A stretch of DNA of 64,000 nt, from the NCBI GenBank assembly GCA_964496205.1, contig CAZBXV010000003.1, positions 13,613 to 77,612 on the forward strand, in the 5' to 3' direction. The stretch is from an uncultured Acidimicrobiia bacterium (GTDB lineage: Bacteria; Actinomycetota; Acidimicrobiia; Spongiisociales; UBA4744). The position numbers and the translations under genes were made by a program. Shown here piece by piece: positions 8,956 to 17,955 of the stretch. The notes below the pieces were generated by a model. That model was not told the origin of the DNA. It did not search any database and was given only the letters and a program-made list of their open reading frames with translations. Within the stretch, counting starts at the first letter, position 1. Every line of letters begins with the position of its first letter.

Positions 8956-9753
8956 TCAAGCGACCCGATCGACGAACCTGGCAAGCTCCGCGATCACACG
9001 ATCGCTTTCTCGATCGTTGACCAGTTCGTGCCGGCTCCCTTTGAAGAGCCGGATCGTCACGTCGGCCGACGGCATCCGCAGTACCGCGTTCATCGATGTC
9101 AGATACGGCACGAACGGGTCGTCGATGCCGTGCATGAACAGCACCGGCATCGTGAGGCCGGACAACTCCGCGTTGAACGCATCGAGCGCAGCAACTTCCG
9201 CCACCAGCAGCGGCCGCTTGTAGAGACCGTGATAGATGAGCGGATCGTTGGCGTACGATTCCGCCTCGACGGCGACGCTGGACATGCCCGCAACATCAGA
9301 CGTGGTCGACATGAGCGATGGATCATCAAGGGCCCTACGGGCCCAGTCCCAGTCCCCGATCACCGCACCCATGAAGACGACGCCGGCAACACTGGAGGGC
9401 GAACGTTCGGCGAAACGGGCACTCAACAGCCCACCCATCGAATGGCCGGCAATGACGAGCGGCAGATCCCCGTGGTCGTTGCGTGCGATTCCCGCCAGCG
9501 CCTCGAGGTCATCGACGACGTGAGCGAAGTCGGTGATGAGCGCACGTTCGCCGGTCGAGTGGCCATGCCCGATGTGATCGGGTGCGTAGACCGCTGCCCC
9601 ATGCTTGATCAACTCGTCGGCCACGTGCGCGTAGCGAGCCCCGTACTCCGCATACCCGTGAACGATCAGGACGATCCTTCGAATGTCACCAGACGGTTCC
9701 CACACGGTGTAGTGGATCGGGCCCTCACTGCCTTCGAACGTTGCTTCTCGCAT
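8956..9753 (-). CDS. alpha/beta hydrolase (lysophospholipase / monoacylglycerol-lipase-like)
   Basis: HG oxyanion motif (VHGYAEYG). Nucleophile elbow GHSMGG. Catalytic His near the C-terminus. ATG verified at 9753 (MREATFEG); the longer ORF-track N-terminus is unlikely. Confidence 0.8.
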   Translation of the reverse strand: MREATFEGSEGPIHYTVWEPSGDIRRIVLIVHGYAEYGARYAHVADELIKHGAAVYAPDHIGHGHSTGERALITDFAHVVDDLEALAGIARNDHGDLPLVIAGHSMGGLLSARFAERSPSSVAGVVFMGAVIGDWDWARRALDDPSLMSTTSDVAGMSSVAVEAESYANDPLIYHGLYKRPLLVAEVAALDAFNAELSGLTMPVLFMHGIDDPFVPYLTSMNAVLRMPSADVTIRLFKGSRHELVNDRESDRVIAELARFVDRVA

Positions 9754-10019
9754 CACGCCTCCGTCTCGGTGGTCGAACCTTACCGTGACCAAATGCCGCG
9801 AAAAGGGCCATTCGCCCCTGGACGTGCGGCGCACCACGACCCAACATGTACGTGGTGCGGTCGGTGGGCGCCACCAACCTGCCGACCTGTAAGAGAGCCG
9901 GGAGTGAACCGACCCCAATCGATCCCACACCCCTCCCGGCTCTCTCTTCGCGTTGTGACGTTCGGCCCTGGCGGTACCCCAGGATGGTATGGCATCCTCG
10001 CCGTGTGTTCGTGACCTAC

Positions 10020-10454
10020 ATGTCTCAGGTACAGGTACCGTTCGAAGTCGCCGTCCAGCGGCTCGAACCGGTGCTCACCGACCTGGGTGGTTGGGCCCAC
10101 GAGGCCTACCGATCAGGGGAGCTCCTGAGAGCGAAGGTGGGCCCTGGCAGAACCGTACCGATGCTCGCAAAGACGGTGTTGATGGAGATCGGACAGACTG
10201 AACGCCACCTGGACACGTTCGCGGTGCCGATCGCCTGGAGGGCGTCGGGGGCAGCCATGCTGTTCCCGGAGATGACCGCCGAACTCCGTCTGGTGCGCGC
10301 TACAGAGAACATCACGCAGATTCGGCTTGCCGGCTCTTACTCGGTGCCGTTCGGCTCGCTGGGTCAGATGTTCGATGACGCAATCCTGCACAAGGTCGCC
10401 GAGAGCACGGTGGAGAACTTCGTGACGCGGGTAGCGGACGCGCTCAGGAAGTAG
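10020..10454 (+). CDS. hypothetical protein (145 aa)
   Basis: ATG verified at 10020 (MSQVQVPFEV). No motif recognised. The ORF-track N-terminal extension lies in the divergent promoter region. Confidence 0.4.
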   Translation: MSQVQVPFEVAVQRLEPVLTDLGGWAHEAYRSGELLRAKVGPGRTVPMLAKTVLMEIGQTERHLDTFAVPIAWRASGAAMLFPEMTAELRLVRATENITQIRLAGSYSVPFGSLGQMFDDAILHKVAESTVENFVTRVADALRK

Positions 10455-10471
10455 TCACTCGTAGTACGTCA

Positions 10472-11071
10472 CTAGTGGTAGTAGGGATTGGTGCCGGCGA
10501 GATGGTCGGTCACGTCCCTGATCTCGCCGACCTCCGGAACAGCCTGTCTCAGGATCCGCTCGATTCCCTGCCTGAGCGTCACTGCCGCCAAACCGCACCC
10601 CTGGCACCCTCCTAGGAGCTGGAGGTTGATGTCGTTCCCATCGACACCCACAAGTCTCGCCGCCCCTCCATGGGAAGCGATCGCAGGATTCACCTGCTGA
10701 TCGATGACCGTCGCGACTCGTTCCGCCAGCGTGCCCTCGAGCGTTCCAAAGGTCCCATCGCCAAACGTGGGGATCTCGGGTCGATTCGGATTGTCCATGG
10801 CCAAGCCGCCCGCGCGAATGTCGAGAGTTGCGCCAGTGAGGAGATCGACGTCCTGATCATCCACGGCGACCGTCAGATCCCCGTGTCTCTCGATCCGGCA
10901 CGTTCCTGCCACATGTGTGATCGGAACGAAGCTGAGCGCATAGGAAAAGTCGGCTCCTGTGACTCCACTGATCTCTACGAGAAGGGCAACCTCGTCGTTG
11001 GATTCTTCCTGGTCTCGAATCTCGATGATCTTCGTGAGGGCCGGTTCGGTGATCGTCAGTGTGTTGTGCAT
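10472..11071 (-). CDS. NfuA-like Fe-S cluster carrier (A-type-like N-domain + Nfu domain)
   Basis: C-terminal Nfu CxxC motif GGCQGCG with flanking conserved residues. ATG verified at 11071; an alternative TTG start exists at 11104. Confidence 0.65.
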   Translation of the reverse strand: MHNTLTITEPALTKIIEIRDQEESNDEVALLVEISGVTGADFSYALSFVPITHVAGTCRIERHGDLTVAVDDQDVDLLTGATLDIRAGGLAMDNPNRPEIPTFGDGTFGTLEGTLAERVATVIDQQVNPAIASHGGAARLVGVDGNDINLQLLGGCQGCGLAAVTLRQGIERILRQAVPEVGEIRDVTDHLAGTNPYYH

Positions 11072-11130
11072 CTCGGCGAGCAGCCTACCCCCGGTGACGA
11101 GCAACGCTTCCTGGCGCGCAATAATGGCGC

Positions 11131-12630
11131 ATGCACTTCACTCGATCTTCAGGCGTGCTCGTCCATCCAACCAGCCTTCCTGGACCCGCGGGCATCGGCG
11201 ACATCGGACCTTCCGCTCAGAAGTGGATCGATCAGCTCACCGATATGGGGTGTGCCCTGTGGCAGGTGCTGCCGCTCGGGCCGACCGGATACGCGGACTC
11301 GCCCTATCAGAGCTTCTCCAGCTTCGCCGGCAATCCGAACCTGATCAGCGTGGCGGCCCTCGTCGACGACGGACTCCTCGATCAGAGCGACCTCGATCAC
11401 ACTCCGGAGTTCCCGCTCGATCACGTGGATTACGGAACCGTGATCCCGTGGAAGCGCGATCTGATCGACAAGGCATTCGAACGTTTCGACACCGATGGGG
11501 AGTTCGAATCGTTCAGAACTCGTACCGCCACCTGGCTACCGGACTTTTCCCTGTTCATGACGTTCAAAGACCTCTACGGCGGCAACCCGTGGACCCAGTG
11601 GCCACCGATGCTGCGGGACCGAGATCCCGAACAGCTGGAGAAGGCCCGGGAAGGATATTCGCGCGAGATCACACGCCACGAGTTCGCCCAGTTTCTCTTC
11701 TTCCGCCAGTGGGGAACACTGCACGACCACGCCCGCGACAAAGGCGTTTCCATCATCGGGGACATCCCCATCTTCGCAGCAGCAGACTCGGCGGATGTAT
11801 GGGCGAATCGTGAGCTCTTCCAGCTCGACGAACAAGGAAGCCCGGCCTTCCAGGCAGGTGTTCCGCCGGATTACTTCTCCGAGACCGGCCAGCTCTGGGG
11901 AAATCCGCTGTACGACTGGGACGCTCACCGCCGCAATGGATTCGCGTGGTGGACGGACCGCATCCGTTCGACACTCGAGCTCGTCGACATCGTACGCATC
12001 GACCACTTCCGCGGATTCGTGAACTACTGGGAGGTGCCTGGCAACGCAACCACGGCCGTCGACGGACAATGGGTGGATGGTCCAGGTGAGGAGTTCTTCA
12101 CGAAACTCTCGCAGGCACTTGGGGATCTCCCGATCATCGCAGAGGATCTCGGTGAGCTGGATCCCCGTGTGCCCAAGCTGCTGGACCACCTGGGGCTCCC
12201 GGGAATGAAGATCCTTCAGTTCGCATTCGACACGGACCGGACCAATCCATTCCTGCCCCACAACTACCCCAAGCACTGTGTCGCCTACACCGGAACGCAC
12301 GACAACGACACGACGAAGGGATGGTTCGCGAGTGCACCTGAAGACGAGCGCTCGTTCGCACTCTCCTACCTGGGCATCGACGAAAGCGACGTGACCTGGG
12401 ACTTCATCTGGGCGGTGTGGAAGTCGAGGGCGATGCTGACACTGGCCCCACTCCAGGACCTCCTGGATCTTGGGAGCGAAGCCCGAATGAACCTCCCCGG
12501 TTCAACATCCGGTAACTGGCAGTGGCGTACCCTCCCGGACGCGCTCACCGACGAAATCATGAACAAGATGCGAGCACTCAACAAGGCCACGAAACGCAGG
12601 ATCGGACGCAGACTGTGGGGGCGCGGATGA
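11131..12630 (+). CDS. malQ: 4-alpha-glucanotransferase (amylomaltase, GH77)
   Basis: N-terminal GVLVHPTSLPGPxGIGD and other GH77 signatures across the full length. Confidence 0.9.
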   Translation: MHFTRSSGVLVHPTSLPGPAGIGDIGPSAQKWIDQLTDMGCALWQVLPLGPTGYADSPYQSFSSFAGNPNLISVAALVDDGLLDQSDLDHTPEFPLDHVDYGTVIPWKRDLIDKAFERFDTDGEFESFRTRTATWLPDFSLFMTFKDLYGGNPWTQWPPMLRDRDPEQLEKAREGYSREITRHEFAQFLFFRQWGTLHDHARDKGVSIIGDIPIFAAADSADVWANRELFQLDEQGSPAFQAGVPPDYFSETGQLWGNPLYDWDAHRRNGFAWWTDRIRSTLELVDIVRIDHFRGFVNYWEVPGNATTAVDGQWVDGPGEEFFTKLSQALGDLPIIAEDLGELDPRVPKLLDHLGLPGMKILQFAFDTDRTNPFLPHNYPKHCVAYTGTHDNDTTKGWFASAPEDERSFALSYLGIDESDVTWDFIWAVWKSRAMLTLAPLQDLLDLGSEARMNLPGSTSGNWQWRTLPDALTDEIMNKMRALNKATKRRIGRRLWGRG

Positions 12631-14540
12631 CTCGCCCGATCACAGCCGAAGACCTCTGGAACATCCCGCGGGTTGGTACCCCCTCGGCGAGCGGCGATGT
12701 GGTCGTCGTGCCGGTGACTCGCTATGACACCGAGGCGCCGATCACCACGCTCTACCTGCTGAATGGCGGTGAGCCTGTTGCGCTGACAACGTCAGATGCG
12801 AAATCGCCGGCCGTTTCGCCGGATGGATCCAAGGTCGCGTTCCTTCGATCATCCGAATCCGGATCTCCTGCTCAGCTGTTCATCATGCCCCTCGATGGTG
12901 GCGAGGCCGAGTGCCTCACCGACCTGCCACTTGGAGTGATCGGACCCAAATGGATGCCCGATGGAAAGGGCGTCCTATTCGTCTCGGCGTTGTACGAGGA
13001 CGCCCCGACGATCGAAGAGACACGAGCGTTCGAGCCTCCGACGGTCCGCACGACCGAGAAACGGTTGTTCCGCTACTGGGATCGGTGGCTCACCGATGGG
13101 AAGGTGCCCCACCTGTTCCACATCGACCTCGAGACGAAGTCCATTCGAGATCTCATTCCCGGCTGGACCAGTCAATGGAGGTGGGACCAGGAGGGCGCCT
13201 CGTTCGACATTTCACCGGACGGCACCGAGGTCGCGTTCTGCGCATCCACCGTCGACACGCCCGAGGACACGCGACGGACGGTCCTCTACCTGGTGCCGTT
13301 TGCGGGTGGGGCTGTGCGCTGCATCACCCCTGACGGCACGGGACACGAGATCAATCCGAGATACAGCCCTGACGGCGCAACAATCGTCTACGGCATGAGT
13401 CGAATCGTCGACTTCTACGCCGATAGAACACGACTCGTGCGTTTCGATCGCGCAACCGAAACCCACGAGGTGCTCACCGAGGACTGGGACCGATCGGCAG
13501 CCAACTGGACATTCACCGACGACGGCACACTTCTGTTTGTCGCGGAAGATGAAGCAGGTGTGAACGTCTATCGACTCACGAACTCCGACCCTGAAACGAT
13601 CGCCTCCGGAGGTACCTACGGTGCGCCTATCCCAGCCGGGGGAGACATCGTATCGACGCACCAGGATCTCAGCCATCCACCGGAACTGTTCTCCGTCGGC
13701 AAGGGCCGCCTCACACACTTCGCGGACGATGCGCTCGCAGGGATCACCCTCGGCAGCGTCGAGGAGTTCCGATTCTCCGGTGCCGATGATGAAACCGTTC
13801 AAGGGTTCATCGTCTACCCGCCTGGATTCGATCGGTCGCGCACATGGCCGCTCGTGCACATGATTCATGGTGGACCTCACGGCATGTTCGGCGACACGTT
13901 CCACTTCCGCTGGAACGCCCACACGTTTGCCGCCCCCGGCTATGTGACGGCGCTGGTCAATTTCCACGGCTCAACGTCGTGGGGTCAGGCATTCACGGAA
14001 TCCATCCAAGGCGCCCATGGAGACAAGCCGACCAAGGACATCCTGGCAGCGACCGAGTATCTGATCTCACTCGGCTTCGTCGACGAGACGCGTATGGCCA
14101 TCACCGGGGGTTCCTATGGCGGCTATCTGACGACGTGGCTGACCACGCAGACAGACCGGTTTGCGTGCGCCATTGCTCACGCTGCCGTCACCAATCTCGC
14201 CGGCATGTTCGCATCGGACATGACTCGCGGAAGGAAGCGCTCGTACGGCGCGGAGTACTGGGACGACCCCGATCGGGTGGACCGGTGGAGCCCTGCGCGA
14301 CACGCCGGTGGGTACGCAACACCCACACTGGTGATCGTCGGCGAGCGTGACTACCGGGTTCCGCTGACCCAGGGCTTGGAGTTGTACGGTGTCCTGAAGG
14401 CCAAGGGCGTGGACGCGCGTCTCATCTACTTCCCCGACGAGAACCACTGGATCTTGAAGCGGGAGAACTCCATGCTGTGGTACGGAGAGGTCCATCGGTG
14501 GCTTTCCCGATACCTTCAACCATCGGTTCAGGCCGACTGA
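12627..14540 (+). CDS. S9 family serine peptidase (prolyl oligopeptidase / acylaminoacyl-peptidase type) with N-terminal beta-propeller
   Basis: Nucleophile elbow GGSYGGY and C-terminal Asp/His. Propeller repeats (SPDG..., W-rich blades). ATG at 12627 overlaps the malQ stop (ATGA). Confidence 0.85.
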   Translation: MTRPITAEDLWNIPRVGTPSASGDVVVVPVTRYDTEAPITTLYLLNGGEPVALTTSDAKSPAVSPDGSKVAFLRSSESGSPAQLFIMPLDGGEAECLTDLPLGVIGPKWMPDGKGVLFVSALYEDAPTIEETRAFEPPTVRTTEKRLFRYWDRWLTDGKVPHLFHIDLETKSIRDLIPGWTSQWRWDQEGASFDISPDGTEVAFCASTVDTPEDTRRTVLYLVPFAGGAVRCITPDGTGHEINPRYSPDGATIVYGMSRIVDFYADRTRLVRFDRATETHEVLTEDWDRSAANWTFTDDGTLLFVAEDEAGVNVYRLTNSDPETIASGGTYGAPIPAGGDIVSTHQDLSHPPELFSVGKGRLTHFADDALAGITLGSVEEFRFSGADDETVQGFIVYPPGFDRSRTWPLVHMIHGGPHGMFGDTFHFRWNAHTFAAPGYVTALVNFHGSTSWGQAFTESIQGAHGDKPTKDILAATEYLISLGFVDETRMAITGGSYGGYLTTWLTTQTDRFACAIAHAAVTNLAGMFASDMTRGRKRSYGAEYWDDPDRVDRWSPARHAGGYATPTLVIVGERDYRVPLTQGLELYGVLKAKGVDARLIYFPDENHWILKRENSMLWYGEVHRWLSRYLQPSVQAD

Positions 14541-14582
14541 ATGCTCCTGGCTACTGCCCCAAAGTCCCTGGTAGCCGGTTTC

Positions 14583-14614
14583 TTACGCGCAGCCTGCGCG
14601 TAAGACGATTTTGT
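14583..14614 (+). terminator. intrinsic terminator-like hairpin downstream of the peptidase gene
   Basis: Perfect inverted repeat cttacgcgcag / ctgcgcgtaag followed by acgattttg, a T-rich tract unusual in this GC-rich context. Confidence 0.55.
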
Positions 14615-14660
14615 AGTTTGCCTCAACCACAGGTCGAAGCTGAGGTCGACCTTCTACGCT

Positions 14661-15266
14661 ATGCCCATGCAGATCGTCATTTTCGCCGGTGGAGTATCCC
14701 CCGCCGATCCGGGGGCTCTCCCCGACGGCGCTTTCGTTATCGCCGCAGACTCTGGCATCGACGCCGCCCTGGCCGCTGGGGTTGACGTCGATCTTCTTGT
14801 CGGTGATCTCGACTCGGCGTCCTCATGGAAAGCTCGAGAGATTCGGCGGTTTTCGACTGACAAGGACGAGACGGACCTCGAACTCGCCGTTCGTGCCGCG
14901 CGAGAACGGGGTGCTACATCGATTCTGGTGATCGGTGGAGGCGGAGGACGGATCGATCACTTCTTCGCCAACGCGTCACTCCTCGCCACACAAGATGGGA
15001 TGCGGGTCGAATGGCGAACCGGAACCGGTGTTGTCTATCGCGTTCAGGGGAAGCTGGTACTCCATGGACGATTGGGCGAGAAGCTCAGCCTGCTCGCGTT
15101 CGGTGGCTGGGCACGTGGCGTGCATACCGAGGGCCTCCGATGGCACCTCGACGGTGATGACCTCTCCCCCGGTATCACACGAGGCGTCTCGAATGAGTTC
15201 GCCGAAGAGACCGCAACGGTTCGAGTCACTGGAGGAGACCTCCTGGTGGTGATGCCGGAGAGATGA
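14661..15266 (+). CDS. thiamine pyrophosphokinase (TPK)
   Basis: TPK catalytic-domain pattern (VIAADSG, LLVGDLDS, GGGGGRIDH) and a C-terminal thiamine-binding-like region. Confidence 0.75.
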   Translation: MPMQIVIFAGGVSPADPGALPDGAFVIAADSGIDAALAAGVDVDLLVGDLDSASSWKAREIRRFSTDKDETDLELAVRAARERGATSILVIGGGGGRIDHFFANASLLATQDGMRVEWRTGTGVVYRVQGKLVLHGRLGEKLSLLAFGGWARGVHTEGLRWHLDGDDLSPGITRGVSNEFAEETATVRVTGGDLLVVMPER

Positions 15267-15889
15267 GTCGTCCACCCTATTGGTGGGGTACCGGCGACGT
15301 GATAGCTTCACGTACAGGAACAGGAGGGCTGGCTTTGAGACGCAAGGTGCTGTTGGTCACGTTCGTGCTTCTGGCACTGGTTGGTATCGCAGCTGTAGCG
15401 AACGCATCCGTGACGGGCGGGTGCACCGGCTCGGCGGTGGTCGACGGGATCACCTACGGACCGAACAACGACACGGCCGCGAATCCGATCGTCATCCCGC
15501 TCGACAAGTCCGGCGTGACGGCGGCCTGGGAAGGATCCGTCCCGTTTCAGAACACGAACGACCATGGGACGGCCAGCATGGTGTTTGGACCGTGGACTGT
15601 CCAGATCGCCGAGTGGGGCGGCGCGAACTCGGAGGACAAGCGTTCGGCCAGCGGCACCTACTCCCTCGACGACCTGACGGCCAAGCTGCCTGTCTCGAAG
15701 TCGCTGGTTCCGGCGGGCCTGTACGAGGTAACCGTCACACACGCTGCCGACGGCGGACAGTGCAAAGGGACGGTCATGGTGCAGATCAAAGGCGATCTGC
15801 TGTCGAGCCCGGTCGGCATCGGAACGGTGGCAGGCACGGTGGTCACGGGTCTCATGCTGATCGGATCTGCGTTCGCGAGGAGGCCATGA
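15263..15889 (+). CDS. membrane-anchored exported protein of unknown function
   Basis: ATGA overlap with the TPK stop. N-terminal TM helix, Gly/Thr-rich extracytoplasmic domain, and C-terminal TM helix. Confidence 0.5.
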   Translation: MSRPPYWWGTGDVIASRTGTGGLALRRKVLLVTFVLLALVGIAAVANASVTGGCTGSAVVDGITYGPNNDTAANPIVIPLDKSGVTAAWEGSVPFQNTNDHGTASMVFGPWTVQIAEWGGANSEDKRSASGTYSLDDLTAKLPVSKSLVPAGLYEVTVTHAADGGQCKGTVMVQIKGDLLSSPVGIGTVAGTVVTGLMLIGSAFARRP

Positions 15890-16071
15890 TGAGAGGGCGT
15901 CCAATCCTTGGATTCATCTCGGGTTTGCTATTCGGGTTCTTCGTGGCGCTCCTACTCGCGCAGCTTGGCGTTACGTCGCTGACCACAAGCGTTCTGATCG
16001 GTCTTCCGATCGTGGGCGCACTCGTTGGGCTCCTGTTGGCGTCGTGGGCACCGTTCGGCCGGCGCCGGTAG
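15886..16071 (+). CDS. small membrane protein (61 aa, two TM segments)
   Basis: ATG at 15886 overlaps the preceding stop (ATGA). Entirely hydrophobic with an RRR tail. Confidence 0.4.
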   Translation: MMRGRPILGFISGLLFGFFVALLLAQLGVTSLTTSVLIGLPIVGALVGLLLASWAPFGRRR

Positions 16072-16156
16072 CCGGTGGCCTGACCGCGTCCTGGGACCGG
16101 CGACGCCGCTTGACGCGTCATCGTCCCCGTACCCCTTCACCTTCGCTGACGAAACG

Positions 16157-17002
16157 CTAGCCAATAGACGCGTTCGTCAACACGGGCGTCCCGGTCTCGA
16201 CCACCAACGCTCGAACGATCACTCTGCCGTCGCCCCGCCACATCTGCGTTCGAATGGTCTGACCCGGCAGGACCGGCCCGGAGAATCGACCCGAGAATCG
16301 GGTCACTCTGGACACATCGCCGCCGAACGCGGCGTCGACGGCAGCCTTGCAGACGAAGCCGTACGTGCAGAGTCCGTGCAGGATCGGTCGTTCGAAGCCG
16401 GCCATGGCGGCGAAGTTCGGGTCTGCATGCAACGGGTTCTTGTCTCCGTTGAGCCGGCAGAGCAGCGCCTGCTGATCGAGTGTTGGCGAGTCGACCACGA
16501 GATCAGGGTCCCGGTTGGGTGGTTCGTCACCCGGTCGGGGCCCTCGTTCACCGCCAAACCCGCCTTCACCTCGGAGGAAGAACCCAGAGCGGGTCGTGTA
16601 GAGCGGTGCACCGGACTCGTCCGTTCCTTCGATTTGGACGACGACCAGCGCCCCGCTCCCCTTGTCCCAGATCTCTGCAATCGTTCCCGTTTGAGTGACC
16701 GTTGCGGCGACTGGGAGTGGGCGATGGAGAACGATCTCCTGATCTCCGTGTACGAGAAACACAGGGTTGAAGGAGATCCCTTCGACGACTCCGACCGACA
16801 GCATCGTCGACATCGACGGGATCGTCGCGAACGACGGAAGAACCTTGAGATTCGCCTCGTAGGCGTATTCGAGTTCGTTTGGATCGGTCGCAGGAACACC
16901 TGCTCCAACGGCAAGGTGATAGAGGATGATGTCGTCTTCGGTCCAGCTCTCCGTTGTTCCGGCGAGGGCAGCACCCAGCGCCAACGAAGGGTCAACCGGC
17001 AT
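16157..17002 (-). CDS. MaoC-like double hot-dog (R)-specific enoyl-CoA hydratase
   Basis: Two hot-dog halves. Second half carries the hydratase motif NGDKNPLHADPNFAAMAGFERPILHG. Confidence 0.85.
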   Translation of the reverse strand: MPVDPSLALGAALAGTTESWTEDDIILYHLAVGAGVPATDPNELEYAYEANLKVLPSFATIPSMSTMLSVGVVEGISFNPVFLVHGDQEIVLHRPLPVAATVTQTGTIAEIWDKGSGALVVVQIEGTDESGAPLYTTRSGFFLRGEGGFGGERGPRPGDEPPNRDPDLVVDSPTLDQQALLCRLNGDKNPLHADPNFAAMAGFERPILHGLCTYGFVCKAAVDAAFGGDVSRVTRFSGRFSGPVLPGQTIRTQMWRGDGRVIVRALVVETGTPVLTNASIG

Positions 17003-17906
17003 GTGCCTCCATCTCCTTCAGGAGCAAACCCACCTCATCGGAGATCTGGCCGAGGATCTCGTAGCCTTCTTGGTCCCGGATTTCGTCGAGGTGGGCTGCG
17101 ACCTCCTCAGCAGTCGGTACTACGCCCACACCCGCAAACCATCCTTGCGTGGCTCCAATGAAGAACTGCGCGTACCGGCCACCGCCTGCCGAGAAGATCT
17201 GGTGGGTGAGCGTGTTCTGTTCAGAGGCCAGGTAGACGACCATGGCGGCGACCTGGGCCGGGTCCATCGATTCACCCAACGGCCCGAAGAGCTCACCGGT
17301 CATGCGGGTGGCAGCGAGCGGTGCGATCACGTTGGACAGGATCCCGTACTTGGCTCCTTCGATGGACAGCACATTCGACAGCCCGACGAGGCCCGCCTTG
17401 GCTGCCCCGTAGTTGGTCTGTCCGAAGTTGCCGAGAATGCCTGCATTGGATGAGGTGAAGACCAACCGGCCGTAGCCATGTTCTTTCATAGTCCTGAATG
17501 CCGGCTGCGCTACGTAGAAGGCACCCTTGAGATGCACATCGAGGACGGCGTCGAGGTTGGACCACTCGAGCTTCGCGAAGCTCTTGTCTCGGAGGATGCC
17601 CGCGTTCGAGATGAGAATGTCGACGGTCCCGAATGCATCGAGGGCCGTCTGCACGATGTTCGCGCCACCTTCGGGGGTCGCGACCGAGTCGTAGTTGGCT
17701 ACTGCTTCGCCGCCCGCAGCTTTGATCCCGGCGACGACTGCGTCGGCTGCGCTGGATCCACCACCGGCGCCGTCGACAGCTCCACCGAGATCGTTGACGA
17801 CCACCTTTGCCCCTCTGCGAGCAAGCTCGATGGCGTAGGCTTTGCCGAGCCCGCCTCCCGCTCCGGTCACCACTGCTACTCGCTGGTCGAACACGATGTC
17901 GGACAT
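16992..17906 (-). CDS. SDR, MFE-2/HSD17B4-type (3R)-hydroxyacyl-CoA dehydrogenase
   Basis: VTGAGGGLGKAY, NNAGILRD, Y-x3-K (YGAAKAG). ATG at 17906 is preceded by GAGGAGG. Together with the downstream hydratase it resembles a split multifunctional enzyme type 2. Confidence 0.85.
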   Translation of the reverse strand: MSDIVFDQRVAVVTGAGGGLGKAYAIELARRGAKVVVNDLGGAVDGAGGGSSAADAVVAGIKAAGGEAVANYDSVATPEGGANIVQTALDAFGTVDILISNAGILRDKSFAKLEWSNLDAVLDVHLKGAFYVAQPAFRTMKEHGYGRLVFTSSNAGILGNFGQTNYGAAKAGLVGLSNVLSIEGAKYGILSNVIAPLAATRMTGELFGPLGESMDPAQVAAMVVYLASEQNTLTHQIFSAGGGRYAQFFIGATQGWFAGVGVVPTAEEVAAHLDEIRDQEGYEILGQISDEVGLLLKEMEAHAG

Positions 17907-17955
17907 GGATACCTCCTCGTTCATCGGCAACGCTACGCCGCAGATGGTGACAGCG

